29,030 bases of DNA from a virus (lineage: Duplodnaviria; Caudoviricetes), in IMG/VR virus record IMGVR_UViG_3300030372_002673, positions 1 to 29,030 of that record. One strand, 5' to 3'. The position numbers and the translations under genes were made by a program. This document shows, piece by piece, positions 15,695 to 23,434 of this stretch. Numbering within the stretch: the first letter of the stretch is position 1; each line of letters starts with the position of its first letter. The notes below the pieces were generated by a model. The model was not told the origin of the DNA, searched no databases, and was given only the letters and a program-made list of their open reading frames with translations.

Positions 15695-15972
15695 TAGTTT
15701 AAATCTTTTAATATATATTCTTTTCTTTTAATTTTTTCTCTTGTTTCAGCTATACCTTCACATAATATCTGATTTCTATATTTGCCTGTAGTATTAGAAT
15801 AATCCCACTTATATTTATCAAGATATTCTTTTCCTGTTTTACTACATTTATAATATATTATACTATTATAAGATTGAAAATAGTAACCTTTATTTGTATA
15901 TATTTCAAATTGGTTTGCAATAGGATTACCACTTTGAATACTTATTAATTGATTAACTTTTATTTTTTTCAT
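15694..15972 (-). CDS. Hypothetical early protein (92 aa)
   Basis: FQSYNSII...WDYSNTTGKYRN motif, recurrent in small phage early proteins; translationally coupled. Confidence 0.7.
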   Translation of the reverse strand: MKKIKVNQLISIQSGNPIANQFEIYTNKGYYFQSYNSIIYYKCSKTGKEYLDKYKWDYSNTTGKYRNQILCEGIAETREKIKRKEYILKDLN

Positions 15973-15978
15973 AATTAT

Positions 15979-16110
15979 TTATTTAAATTCATTCCAATAA
16001 GCTTTATTGCAGTCATCTGAGCAAAAATCATAGTCTGAATCTTCTCCGCAGAATTTGCATCTAACTTTATTTATTTCTTCTTGATAAGGTTCTTTATCGT
16101 AATTATTCAT
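15979..16110 (-). CDS. Small zinc-finger protein (43 aa); not in the ORF track
   Basis: MNNYDKEPYQEEINKVRCKFCGEDSDYDFCSDDCNKAYWNEFK has CxxC...FCSxxC, and its start overlaps the upstream stop (TAATG). Confidence 0.7.
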   Translation of the reverse strand: MNNYDKEPYQEEINKVRCKFCGEDSDYDFCSDDCNKAYWNEFK

Positions 16111-16364
16111 TATAATGTGTGTTTAGTGATTAATTCCTTAGCTGACATTTGTTCCTTTAAATCATTCATAGATTTTATCTTAATTTTTATTTCTTTAAGA
16201 TATTCCTGACAAAAATTTACATCATCTGTACTATAAGCTGCATTTAATTTGTTGGTATATATTTCTGTCATTTCATTTTGTTCTTCAATATAATTATCTA
16301 TTAAAGTCATTATAGTTGCTAACTGTGTAACATTACATTCTATATTTTTAAATACTGTTGTCAT
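16110..16364 (-). CDS. Hypothetical helical early protein (84 aa)
   Basis: ORF in the leftward operon with an A-rich leader. Confidence 0.6.
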   Translation of the reverse strand: MTTVFKNIECNVTQLATIMTLIDNYIEEQNEMTEIYTNKLNAAYSTDDVNFCQEYLKEIKIKIKSMNDLKEQMSAKELITKHTL

Positions 16365-16399
16365 AATTTCTAAATTTTTAATTTAATACTTGTTTTATT

Positions 16400-16588
16400 T
16401 TATTTTTTTATTTTATAATCAATTCCTTTTTTTTCTAATGTTGCAATAAGTTGCATTTCATAAAATTTTAGTTGAATTGAATTGTGTTGATACTCATACA
16501 TTAATTTACCGTTTTGCATTAATCTTTGAAAACCATATTTAAAAGTTTCTTCATTTAAACCTTTGTTTGTTTTATATATATAAGTCAT
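16400..16588 (-). CDS. Hypothetical early protein (62 aa)
   Basis: First ORF downstream of the leftward TAnnTTTG boxes. Confidence 0.55.
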   Translation of the reverse strand: MTYIYKTNKGLNEETFKYGFQRLMQNGKLMYEYQHNSIQLKFYEMQLIATLEKKGIDYKIKK

Positions 16589-16632
16589 TTTATTTAAATT
16601 TTAATAATACTTGTTTTAATTGTTTGTTAGAA

Positions 16633-16640
16633 CAAATATA
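16633..16640 (-). promoter_or_regulatory. Bacteroidota sigma-A -7 box, leftward early promoter 1
   Basis: The minus strand reads TATATTTG (TAnnTTTG consensus), about 45 nt upstream of the ATG at 16588. Confidence 0.55.
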
Positions 16641-16687
16641 TAAAGAAAAGTTTATATCGTAAAGGAATATATAAAAAAAAGTTTATA
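16635..16687. repeat. Two 22-bp direct repeats (putative operators)
   Basis: AATATATAAAGAAAAGTTTATA (16635-16656) and AATATATAAAAAAAAGTTTATA (16666-16687), each containing TATAAA-N6-TTTATA. Confidence 0.55.
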
Positions 16688-16716
16688 AGTTATTAACATT
16701 TGAATTGTTGATAACT
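16688..16716. promoter_or_regulatory. Inverted pair of DnaA-box-like motifs
   Basis: AGTTATTAACA-N7-TGTTGATAACT. The arms read TTATTAACA and TTATCAACA, against the canonical TTATCCACA. Confidence 0.5.
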
Positions 16717-16717
16717 A

Positions 16718-16726
16718 GCAAATATA
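16718..16726 (-). promoter_or_regulatory. Bacteroidota sigma-A -7 box, leftward early promoter 2
   Basis: The minus strand reads TATATTTGC. Confidence 0.5.
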
Positions 16727-16784
16727 TTTTATTTATTATAAAGAATTATTATTATATTTATGACTTAATTATAAAAAATTATGT

Positions 16785-16994
16785 ATGAACTCAAGACAGA
16801 TGAGAAGACAGGTTATTAGAATAGCTATGTCTGTAAAAGAGATGAATAAGATGGATATTGCAAGAGCATTATCTTGGTCTTATCCAACTACTTTAAAAAA
16901 AATCGCTAACCCAAGTAAATTAACTGTTGATGATGCTGAAAAGCTTTGTGACTTAATAGACTTGGATATTATTAAATTTATAAAACCCTTTTAA
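16785..16994 (+). CDS. Cro/XRE-like HTH regulator
   Basis: MNKMDIARALSWSYPTTLKK...PSKLTVDDAEKLCDLID. It is the first gene of the rightward divergent operon. Confidence 0.7.
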   Translation: MNSRQMRRQVIRIAMSVKEMNKMDIARALSWSYPTTLKKIANPSKLTVDDAEKLCDLIDLDIIKFIKPF

Positions 16995-16996
16995 TT

Positions 16997-17398
16997 ATGC
17001 AAAAAAATAGTACAGTAACTCGAGTAACAGGAAATGGAACTTGGGAAGGCAAGTTTGGACTTATGTACAAATTTGAAATAGAAATGGAAAATGGAGATAT
17101 TGGTGAAAATTTATCTAAAACTTCTGAATGTCGTTTTAAAGAAGGACAACAAACAGACTATGAATTTATAGATGGTCAGTTTCCTAAGATAAAACCAATT
17201 AATACTTTTCAACCAAAAGCAAATAATTCAGATGTACAAGACAATATAAGATTTGCACAAGGTTTAAATATAGCAAACCTTCAATTTTGTCATGGAAAAA
17301 TATCCGAAGAACAAATAGATGATGTTGCTTATACAATGTATGAAAAGTTGAAAAAAGGACCACAAGTAAAATTACCTTTTGAAAAGACACCATTTTAA
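16997..17398 (+). CDS. Hypothetical protein, possible OB-fold ssDNA-binding protein
   Basis: Beta-rich N-terminus (VTRVTGNGTWEGKFGLMYKFEIEMENG), a C-terminus ending in PF, and a position upstream of the initiator. Confidence 0.45.
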   Translation: MQKNSTVTRVTGNGTWEGKFGLMYKFEIEMENGDIGENLSKTSECRFKEGQQTDYEFIDGQFPKIKPINTFQPKANNSDVQDNIRFAQGLNIANLQFCHGKISEEQIDDVAYTMYEKLKKGPQVKLPFEKTPF

Positions 17399-17406
17399 TT
17401 AATTCT

Positions 17407-17471
17407 GATAGTGCCTGTATTTTTTACTTGTTTTATTCTTTTTCTATTCTGAAATACAGGCATTATCTTTT
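17407..17471 (+). terminator. 16-bp stem with a 29-nt loop followed by TTTT (terminator/attenuator-like)
   Basis: GATAGTGCCTGTATTT (17407-17422) pairs with AAATACAGGCATTATC (17452-17467), with one G-U pair. Confidence 0.5.
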
Positions 17472-17484
17472 ATATTTATATATT

Positions 17485-18246
17485 ATGAAAAAAACTTACT
17501 TTAACCACGACTCTACTGCAAGAAATGATATTAGGATTATTAAATTACGTTCTCAATTAGGCTATGAAGGCTATGGAATCTTTTGGGCAGTATTAGAATT
17601 ATTATTTACAGAAGAAAATAAAATATGTACAAGTCAATATGATATTATAGCTTATGGACTACAATGTAATCCTAGTATTTTAAAACAAGTAATAGAAGAT
17701 TTTGATTTATTTGTAACAGAAGATGGCTGTTTTTATTCTAGAAGATTAAATAATCATATTGAAGAAATAAATAATAAGAGTAGTATAGCTAAACAAAATG
17801 CAAAAAAAAGATGGAATAATGCAACTGTTATGCAACAGCATAGCAACAGCAATGCTAGTAAAGTAAAGTATACTAAAGAAGATAATACTAAATTAAATAA
17901 TATACTTATAAGGCTTGAAGCCTTCCAAAAAACAGTTTTTGATATAAAAGATATTGATATAAATGATAAAAAAGCATTTGTAGATTATTGGACTGAAGCA
18001 AATAAGTCTGGAACTAAGATGCGATTTGAAATGGAAAAGACTTGGGATTTGAAAAGGAGATTATCTCGTTGGGTAAATTCTTCTTTTAATAAAAAAGAAA
18101 AATCAAGATTTCCTGATTATTATGATAGTTTGCTTATGAAAAGATTAGATGAATCAGCAAAAAAAGAATATGAACAACACTTGAAGAATCTTGGATATAT
18201 TTCAGAATATAATCCAAATGCAGGAGCAAAATGGATAAAAAAATAA
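17485..18246 (+). CDS. Replication initiator-like protein (DUF4373/Lin1244-like N-terminal domain)
   Basis: YFNHDSTARNDIRIIKLR...GYEGYGIFWAVLE, FYSRRL, NAKKRW, and C-terminal FVDYW...KMRFEMEKTWDLKRRLSRW. ATG 17485 is preferred over the track's TTG start, which lies inside the hairpin. Confidence 0.75.
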   Translation: MKKTYFNHDSTARNDIRIIKLRSQLGYEGYGIFWAVLELLFTEENKICTSQYDIIAYGLQCNPSILKQVIEDFDLFVTEDGCFYSRRLNNHIEEINNKSSIAKQNAKKRWNNATVMQQHSNSNASKVKYTKEDNTKLNNILIRLEAFQKTVFDIKDIDINDKKAFVDYWTEANKSGTKMRFEMEKTWDLKRRLSRWVNSSFNKKEKSRFPDYYDSLLMKRLDESAKKEYEQHLKNLGYISEYNPNAGAKWIKK

Positions 18247-18266
18247 TAGATATAATTTATCATAGT

Positions 18267-18335
18267 TTTACATGGTTTTACATATGTTTACACAAATTTA
18301 CAAAGATTTACAAATATCTAATAGGGGTACCCCTA
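18267..18335. repeat. Putative replication origin: five TTTACA at a 10-bp period plus a 14-bp palindrome
   Basis: TTTACA at 18267, 18277, 18287, 18297 and 18307; TAGGGGTACCCCTA at 18322-18335. Confidence 0.65.
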
Positions 18336-18354
18336 CTGGACTAATATCGAACCA

Positions 18355-18687
18355 ATGAAAGAATACCAATTACAAAAATCAATATGTAGCTATTTAGATT
18401 TAAAAAATGTTCTATACTGTGGAAGTATGGGGGGACAATACCAAAAATTTTATAGTCAAAGAAATAAAGCCAAAGCTAGTGGATATAAACGTGGCTTTCC
18501 TGATTTATTTATCTATGAACCTAGAAATAATTATCATGGATTAGCTATTGAATTAAAAGTAGGATATAATAAACCAACAAATGAACAATTAGCTTGGATT
18601 GAAGAATTAAATGAACGAGGATATAAGGCACATGTTTGTACAGGAATAGAAGAAACATTAAAAGTTATAAATAATTATTTAAAATAA
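18355..18687 (+). CDS. VRR-NUC domain nuclease (Holliday-junction resolvase-like)
   Basis: E..LQ, GFPDLFI, AIELK, PTNEQ..W...L...GY form the PD-(D/E)xK signature. Confidence 0.85.
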   Translation: MKEYQLQKSICSYLDLKNVLYCGSMGGQYQKFYSQRNKAKASGYKRGFPDLFIYEPRNNYHGLAIELKVGYNKPTNEQLAWIEELNERGYKAHVCTGIEETLKVINNYLK

Positions 18688-18694
18688 TAATATA

Positions 18695-18988
18695 ATGCTT
18701 ATAGACCCAAAAATAAAACCAACATTTTTTAATACTAGAAAAGATAGATTACATTGGAATTATGTAGATACTAACAATCGCTTGTTTACAATTTTATTTG
18801 ATAGTGGAGCAGAACTATCATTTATTTTACGAGTTTTATCAAAAAACAATAATATAGAAAATTATATTTATAAGAAACTACATAATCGTTTTAGTAATAT
18901 AATAGAAATACATTCATCTAAAATAAGCAGTGTAGAATATAATTTAATGAAACAGGTAAATATACCGTCAGTTTTAAAAATATGTTAA
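18695..18988 (+). CDS. Hypothetical protein (97 aa)
   Basis: Tightly packed ORF with no recognised motif. Confidence 0.55.
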   Translation: MLIDPKIKPTFFNTRKDRLHWNYVDTNNRLFTILFDSGAELSFILRVLSKNNNIENYIYKKLHNRFSNIIEIHSSKISSVEYNLMKQVNIPSVLKIC

Positions 18989-19494
18989 ATAAATACCTTA
19001 TCGATAATTATGACAAGTTGAAAGACATGGCTCATAATATCGCAGGGGATTATAAAAAAGATGATTTATTAAGTTTTGTAATTGAAGAACTATATAAATG
19101 TGATGAAGAAAGAATTAATGAAATAATAAAAAATAAACAATTAACATTTTATATAGTTAGGGTAATGTTAAATCAATTTCATTCTAAGACAAGCAGATAT
19201 TATTATAAATATGATAAATACTACGAATATCATACTACTACTACTATAGATAATATAACTCAAGACAAAACAGAATATACCATAAAAGAAAAATTAGAAG
19301 TAGAAAAAAAGTTAGAATGGATAGAAGATAAATTAAAAGATTTATATTGGTTTGATGCAAAAGTCTTTAGTATTTATTTTAGTGAAGAACATTCACTCAA
19401 CACAATGGCTAAGGCTACCAAAATTTCAAGGGCTACTTTATGGAAGTCAATTAATAATGTAAAAAATTATTTAAAAAATGAAAAAAACAAGTAA
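18982..19494 (+). CDS. ECF/sigma-70-like transcription factor
   Basis: Region-2-like N-terminal half (YDKLKDMA...DDLLSFVIEEL...FYIVRVMLNQ) and a region-4 HTH (LYWFDAKVF...SLNTMAKATKISRATLWKSINNVK). Confidence 0.7.
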   Translation: MLNKYLIDNYDKLKDMAHNIAGDYKKDDLLSFVIEELYKCDEERINEIIKNKQLTFYIVRVMLNQFHSKTSRYYYKYDKYYEYHTTTTIDNITQDKTEYTIKEKLEVEKKLEWIEDKLKDLYWFDAKVFSIYFSEEHSLNTMAKATKISRATLWKSINNVKNYLKNEKNK

Positions 19495-19834
19495 AGGTTT
19501 AGGTGATTCCGTAGAAAAGGTATTGAAGGCTACTGGTATAGATAAGATTGCTAAGAAAATTTTAGGAGATGATTGTGGTTGTGAAGAAAGAAAGCAAAAG
19601 CTAAATAAAATGTTTCCTTATGGAAGACAATTTACACAAGATGAAATAAAGATATATGAGGAAGTTTTACCTAGAACTAAAGGCAGTAGAATATCAGCAC
19701 AAGACCAATCAATAATGGTTAAGCTATATAATAAAGTTTTTAATAAAAATAAGAAACCTAGTAATTGTGGTAGCTGTGTAAAAAATACACTAACTGAATT
19801 AGAAAAGGTTTATGATAATAGTTGTAAGGTGTGA
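19478..19834 (+). CDS. Phage protein with CGC and CxxC motifs
   Basis: SKGLGDSVEK..KATGI...DCGCEERKQKLN...CGSC; probably metal-binding. Confidence 0.7.
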   Translation: MKKTSKGLGDSVEKVLKATGIDKIAKKILGDDCGCEERKQKLNKMFPYGRQFTQDEIKIYEEVLPRTKGSRISAQDQSIMVKLYNKVFNKNKKPSNCGSCVKNTLTELEKVYDNSCKV

Positions 19835-20145
19835 AGAAGCATACTAAATTATATATGGATTTTTTTGATTATGGAGAGCAAGATTTTGTTATGTGTGAAA
19901 TGTGTCAGCAAGATAGGGCTGTTGATATTCACCATTTAGATAGTCGTGGTATGGGTGGTTCAAAAACTAAAGATTATATTGAAAATCTGATGGGGTTGTG
20001 TAGAGATTGTCACAATAAAGCCGAAAATGATTCATCTTTCAACATGTTTTGTCGCATAAAACACTTGGAAAATGTATGTCACCAAATATATGCACTAATA
20101 GAATATAAAAAGAAATATGAAAATAGAATTAATAGAAATATCTAA
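19831..20145 (+). CDS. HNH endonuclease
   Basis: CEMC...VDIHH...ENLMGLCRDCH; GTG start overlapping the upstream stop. Confidence 0.85.
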   Translation: MKKHTKLYMDFFDYGEQDFVMCEMCQQDRAVDIHHLDSRGMGGSKTKDYIENLMGLCRDCHNKAENDSSFNMFCRIKHLENVCHQIYALIEYKKKYENRINRNI

Positions 20146-20623
20146 ATTAAAACCTGCATCATATAATCCTAGACAGATTACAAAAAAGCAGTTTGAAGAC
20201 TTAAAAGAGTCTATAAGGAAATTTGATTTGGTAGACCCAATCGTAATTAACAAGGATATGACAGTAATCGGGGGTCATCAACGGTTGAAATGTTGTAAAG
20301 AGTTAAAATATAAAGATGTAGATTGTGTTATATTAGACCTTAATAAAGAACAAGAAAGAGAATTAAATATCAGGCTTAACAAATCAGGTGGGGAATTTGA
20401 TATGGATATTTTAGCAAATGAGTTTAACATAGATGAATTAGTAGATTGGGGGTTTAAGCATGTAGAATTAGGTTTAAATTTAGACAAAATACAGAAAGAC
20501 TTATCAGACCAAATAGAATTGCAATATAAAATTGAAGTAGAGGTAACATCAGAAAAGGAACAAGAAACATTATATAATGAATTAAGTAAAAAAGGATATA
20601 TATGCCGAATTTTAACATTATAA
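20117..20623 (+). CDS. ParB/sulfiredoxin-like N-terminal domain protein
   Basis: LKPASYNPR, LKESIRKF..VDPIVIN, VIGGHQRL, LNIRLN..GEFD. Confidence 0.85.
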   Translation: MKIELIEISKLKPASYNPRQITKKQFEDLKESIRKFDLVDPIVINKDMTVIGGHQRLKCCKELKYKDVDCVILDLNKEQERELNIRLNKSGGEFDMDILANEFNIDELVDWGFKHVELGLNLDKIQKDLSDQIELQYKIEVEVTSEKEQETLYNELSKKGYICRILTL

Positions 20624-21654
20624 AAGAGGTAAAACCTAAAAAAAGTTTTAGAGTAAGTTCTATTATTGGTAAATTTGATTTACAAACTGAACACATAAAA
20701 GAACAATTTGAAGGGGAAATAGATTTAGATGATAATTGGAAAATAGGAATAATTGTTGGTAGTAGTGGTAGTGGTAAAACGACAATAGCTAAAGAGTTAT
20801 TTCCTGATAGTTATGTAACTGATTTTAAATATAATGCTGAAACAATTTTAGACGACATGCCTAAAGATAAAAGTGTAGATGAAATAACAAGAGCATTTAA
20901 TAGTGTTGGCTTTTCTTCACCACCAAGTTGGTTAAAACCATACTCAGTATTATCAAATGGTCAAAAGATGAGGGTAGATTTAGCTAATGGATTATTGCAA
21001 GATAAAGAGTTGATGGTGTTTGATGAATTTACAAGTGTTGTAGACAGAAATGTAGCGCAAATAGGAAGTTATGCAGTACAAAAAGCTATAAGGAAAACTA
21101 AAAGGAAGTTTATTGCTGTTAGCTGTCATTATGATATAGTAGATTGGCTATTGCCTGATTGGATATTTAATACTGATTCTATGACCTTTCAAAGACTTGA
21201 AGGGCAAAAAAAAAATAGACCAAAAATTAAATTTAAAATATACAATACAAGAGATAAGTCAGTGTGGAGAATGTTTGCTAAACACCACTATTTGAGTCAT
21301 AGTCATAATAATGCTGCTTATGTATATGTTGCATTTGTAAATGAACAGTTAGCAGGATTTATAAGTATATTACATCAACCACACCCATCAGTAGATAATA
21401 TAAAAAGAGTACATAGGGTAGTAGTTATGCCTGACTTTCAAGGTATAGGGGTAGGGTTAAGGCTACTTGAGTTTATTGGTAAAAAATATATAAACACAAA
21501 ACATAGATATACTATAGTAACATCTGCTCCAAGCTTAATAAGTTACTTTAAAAGAAGTAAAGATTGGATATGTAGGTCTTATGGTAGAAATATGAAACAT
21601 GCTATGGGAAATAGTCAAACAAGAATAACAACAAGTTGGGAATATAAAATTTAA
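20602..21654 (+). CDS. ABC-type ATPase fused to a GNAT acetyltransferase
   Basis: Walker A GSSGSGKT, signature LSNGQ, Walker B VFDEF and H-loop SCH, followed by HHYL and GNAT motif A RVVVMPDFQGIGVG. Confidence 0.85.
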   Translation: MPNFNIIKEVKPKKSFRVSSIIGKFDLQTEHIKEQFEGEIDLDDNWKIGIIVGSSGSGKTTIAKELFPDSYVTDFKYNAETILDDMPKDKSVDEITRAFNSVGFSSPPSWLKPYSVLSNGQKMRVDLANGLLQDKELMVFDEFTSVVDRNVAQIGSYAVQKAIRKTKRKFIAVSCHYDIVDWLLPDWIFNTDSMTFQRLEGQKKNRPKIKFKIYNTRDKSVWRMFAKHHYLSHSHNNAAYVYVAFVNEQLAGFISILHQPHPSVDNIKRVHRVVVMPDFQGIGVGLRLLEFIGKKYINTKHRYTIVTSAPSLISYFKRSKDWICRSYGRNMKHAMGNSQTRITTSWEYKI

Positions 21655-21658
21655 TAAT

Positions 21659-21910
21659 ATGATAGAAAAAGGACAAATAGTAAATGCTGATATAAAAATA
21701 AAATATAAGTATAAATTAAAATATAAAGAAGAATGGGTTAATGATGCTATTTTTAGTAGACCTTATGAAAGTGATTATCCTAAAATAGATAAAGATTCAT
21801 TGTTCTTTAAAAGGCATATACCTAATCCAAGTAAAAGGTATGATGTTTGCGATATAACATTATTGGATATGAAAAATGTAATTAAAGTAGGATTTAAAAA
21901 TAACAGATAA
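21659..21910 (+). CDS. Hypothetical protein (83 aa)
   Basis: Fills the gap between the GNAT fusion gene and terS. Confidence 0.55.
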   Translation: MIEKGQIVNADIKIKYKYKLKYKEEWVNDAIFSRPYESDYPKIDKDSLFFKRHIPNPSKRYDVCDITLLDMKNVIKVGFKNNR

Positions 21911-21920
21911 AATAATACAA

Positions 21921-22274
21921 ATGGGACACAATAAAAAAGAAAGACTATTACAAGCATTAAGAGAAACACAAGGTTTAATATATCATGCCTGTAAAAAAGC
22001 AGGTAATATAAGTAGGTCAACATATTATAGGTATATGAAAGAAGACCCTGAATTTGCTAAGGCAGTTGAAGATATTAAAGAAGCACAAATAGATTATGTT
22101 GAAGGTGAATTAATAAAAAACATAGCACAGGGGAAAGAAACAAGCATTATATTTTATTTAAAATCTAAAGCTAAAAAAAGAGGATATACAGACAAATCAG
22201 AAGTTGATATAACAAGTGGCGGTAAATCTATAAGCGATATAAAAATACAAGTTATAGATACAGGAAAAGATTAA
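21921..22274 (+). CDS. terS: Terminase small subunit
   Basis: N-terminal HTH (ACKKAGNISRSTYYRY...DPEF), IIFYLK, DITSGG; abuts terL. Confidence 0.8.
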   Translation: MGHNKKERLLQALRETQGLIYHACKKAGNISRSTYYRYMKEDPEFAKAVEDIKEAQIDYVEGELIKNIAQGKETSIIFYLKSKAKKRGYTDKSEVDITSGGKSISDIKIQVIDTGKD

Positions 22275-23432
22275 ATGCCACAATTAGAATTAAACACTAC
22301 AAATGTATTTCACAAGGCGTATGGGTCTAAAAGCAGAGTAACTTGTCTTCAGGGGGGGACGAGAAGCTCTAAGACCTATTCGCTTTGTCAAATGTTTATT
22401 GTTAGATGTTTAGAAAGTACAGGCAAAGTATATAGTATAATTCGTAAAACATTACCTGCTTGTAAAGGAAGTGTATATAGAGATTTTTTAAATATATTAA
22501 AAGAATTAGATTTATATACTCAAGACAATCACAACAAATCAGATTTATCTTATAATTTAAATGGAAACTTAATCGAGTTTTTGTCTGTTGATAATCCAGA
22601 AAAACTAAAAGGAAGAAAGCGACATTATGCTTGGCTTAATGAAGCAACAGAATTTACTTATGAAGATTATCAGCAAATTATATTTAGATGTACTGAACAA
22701 ATTTATTTAGATTATAATCCTTCAGACCCATATAGTTGGATATATGACAAAGTGTTAACAAGAGATGATTGTACATTTATTAAATCAACATATTTGGCTA
22801 ATCCTTTTTTAGACAAAGATACAATAGCAGAAATAGAAAGACTAAAAGAGGTAGACCCTGAGTATTGGGAAGTTTATGGTCTTGGAAATGTTGGTTCAGT
22901 ACAAACAATGATATTTAGAAATTTTAATTTAGTTGATGAGGTACAGGGAAGATTAATTGGTTATGGTTTAGATTTTGGATTTACTAATTCACCAAGTGCT
23001 TTAGTAGCTGTATATCAGTCTGATGACAATTTATATATTAAGGAAATGCTTTACGAAAAAAGATTAACTAATACTGATTTAGCTAATAAATTAATAGAAT
23101 TTAAAATAGATAGACAATCAGAAATAATTGGAGATAGTGCCGAGCCGAAAACCATAGAGGAAATATATAGGAAGGGCTTTAACATAAAACCTGCTAAGAA
23201 AGGGGCAGGAATACATTTAGGAATAGATATAATGCGAAGGTATAAGTTGCATATAACTAAAGATAGTTTAAATGCTATCAAAGAATTTAGGGGTTATAAA
23301 TGGGCTACTGATAAGAATGGTGATGTGTTAAATGTACCTGTAAAAGTCAATGACCATTTAATTGATGCAACACGTTATCTGTGCTTAAATAAGCTTAGTA
23401 TTAACCATAGTGGGAAGTATTATATACTTTAA
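22275..23432 (+). CDS. terL: Terminase large subunit, PBSX-like
   Basis: Walker A GGTRSSKT, Walker B AWLNEA, DYNP, and nuclease motifs GLDFG, DSAEP and DHLIDATRY. Confidence 0.95.
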   Translation: MPQLELNTTNVFHKAYGSKSRVTCLQGGTRSSKTYSLCQMFIVRCLESTGKVYSIIRKTLPACKGSVYRDFLNILKELDLYTQDNHNKSDLSYNLNGNLIEFLSVDNPEKLKGRKRHYAWLNEATEFTYEDYQQIIFRCTEQIYLDYNPSDPYSWIYDKVLTRDDCTFIKSTYLANPFLDKDTIAEIERLKEVDPEYWEVYGLGNVGSVQTMIFRNFNLVDEVQGRLIGYGLDFGFTNSPSALVAVYQSDDNLYIKEMLYEKRLTNTDLANKLIEFKIDRQSEIIGDSAEPKTIEEIYRKGFNIKPAKKGAGIHLGIDIMRRYKLHITKDSLNAIKEFRGYKWATDKNGDVLNVPVKVNDHLIDATRYLCLNKLSINHSGKYYIL

Positions 23433-23434
23433 AA

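Noticed and set aside
16688-16716. dif/XerCD integration site
   Set aside because: Only a partial match to the XerD arm and none to a XerC arm; DnaA-box or operator readings fit better.
17428-17484. 19-aa N-terminal extension of the initiator given in the ORF track
   Set aside because: Its TTG start lies within the hairpin loop, and the family-like sequence begins at ATG 17485.
18267-18312. Mini-CRISPR array
   Set aside because: A 6-bp unit at a 10-bp period is far too short for repeat-spacer architecture, and no cas genes are present.
20117-21654. Plasmid-prophage ParAB partition system or ABC transporter
   Set aside because: The ATPase has an ABC signature (LSNGQ) rather than a ParA deviant Walker A, the ParB-like protein shows no evident HTH/centromere-binding region, and no permease gene is adjacent.
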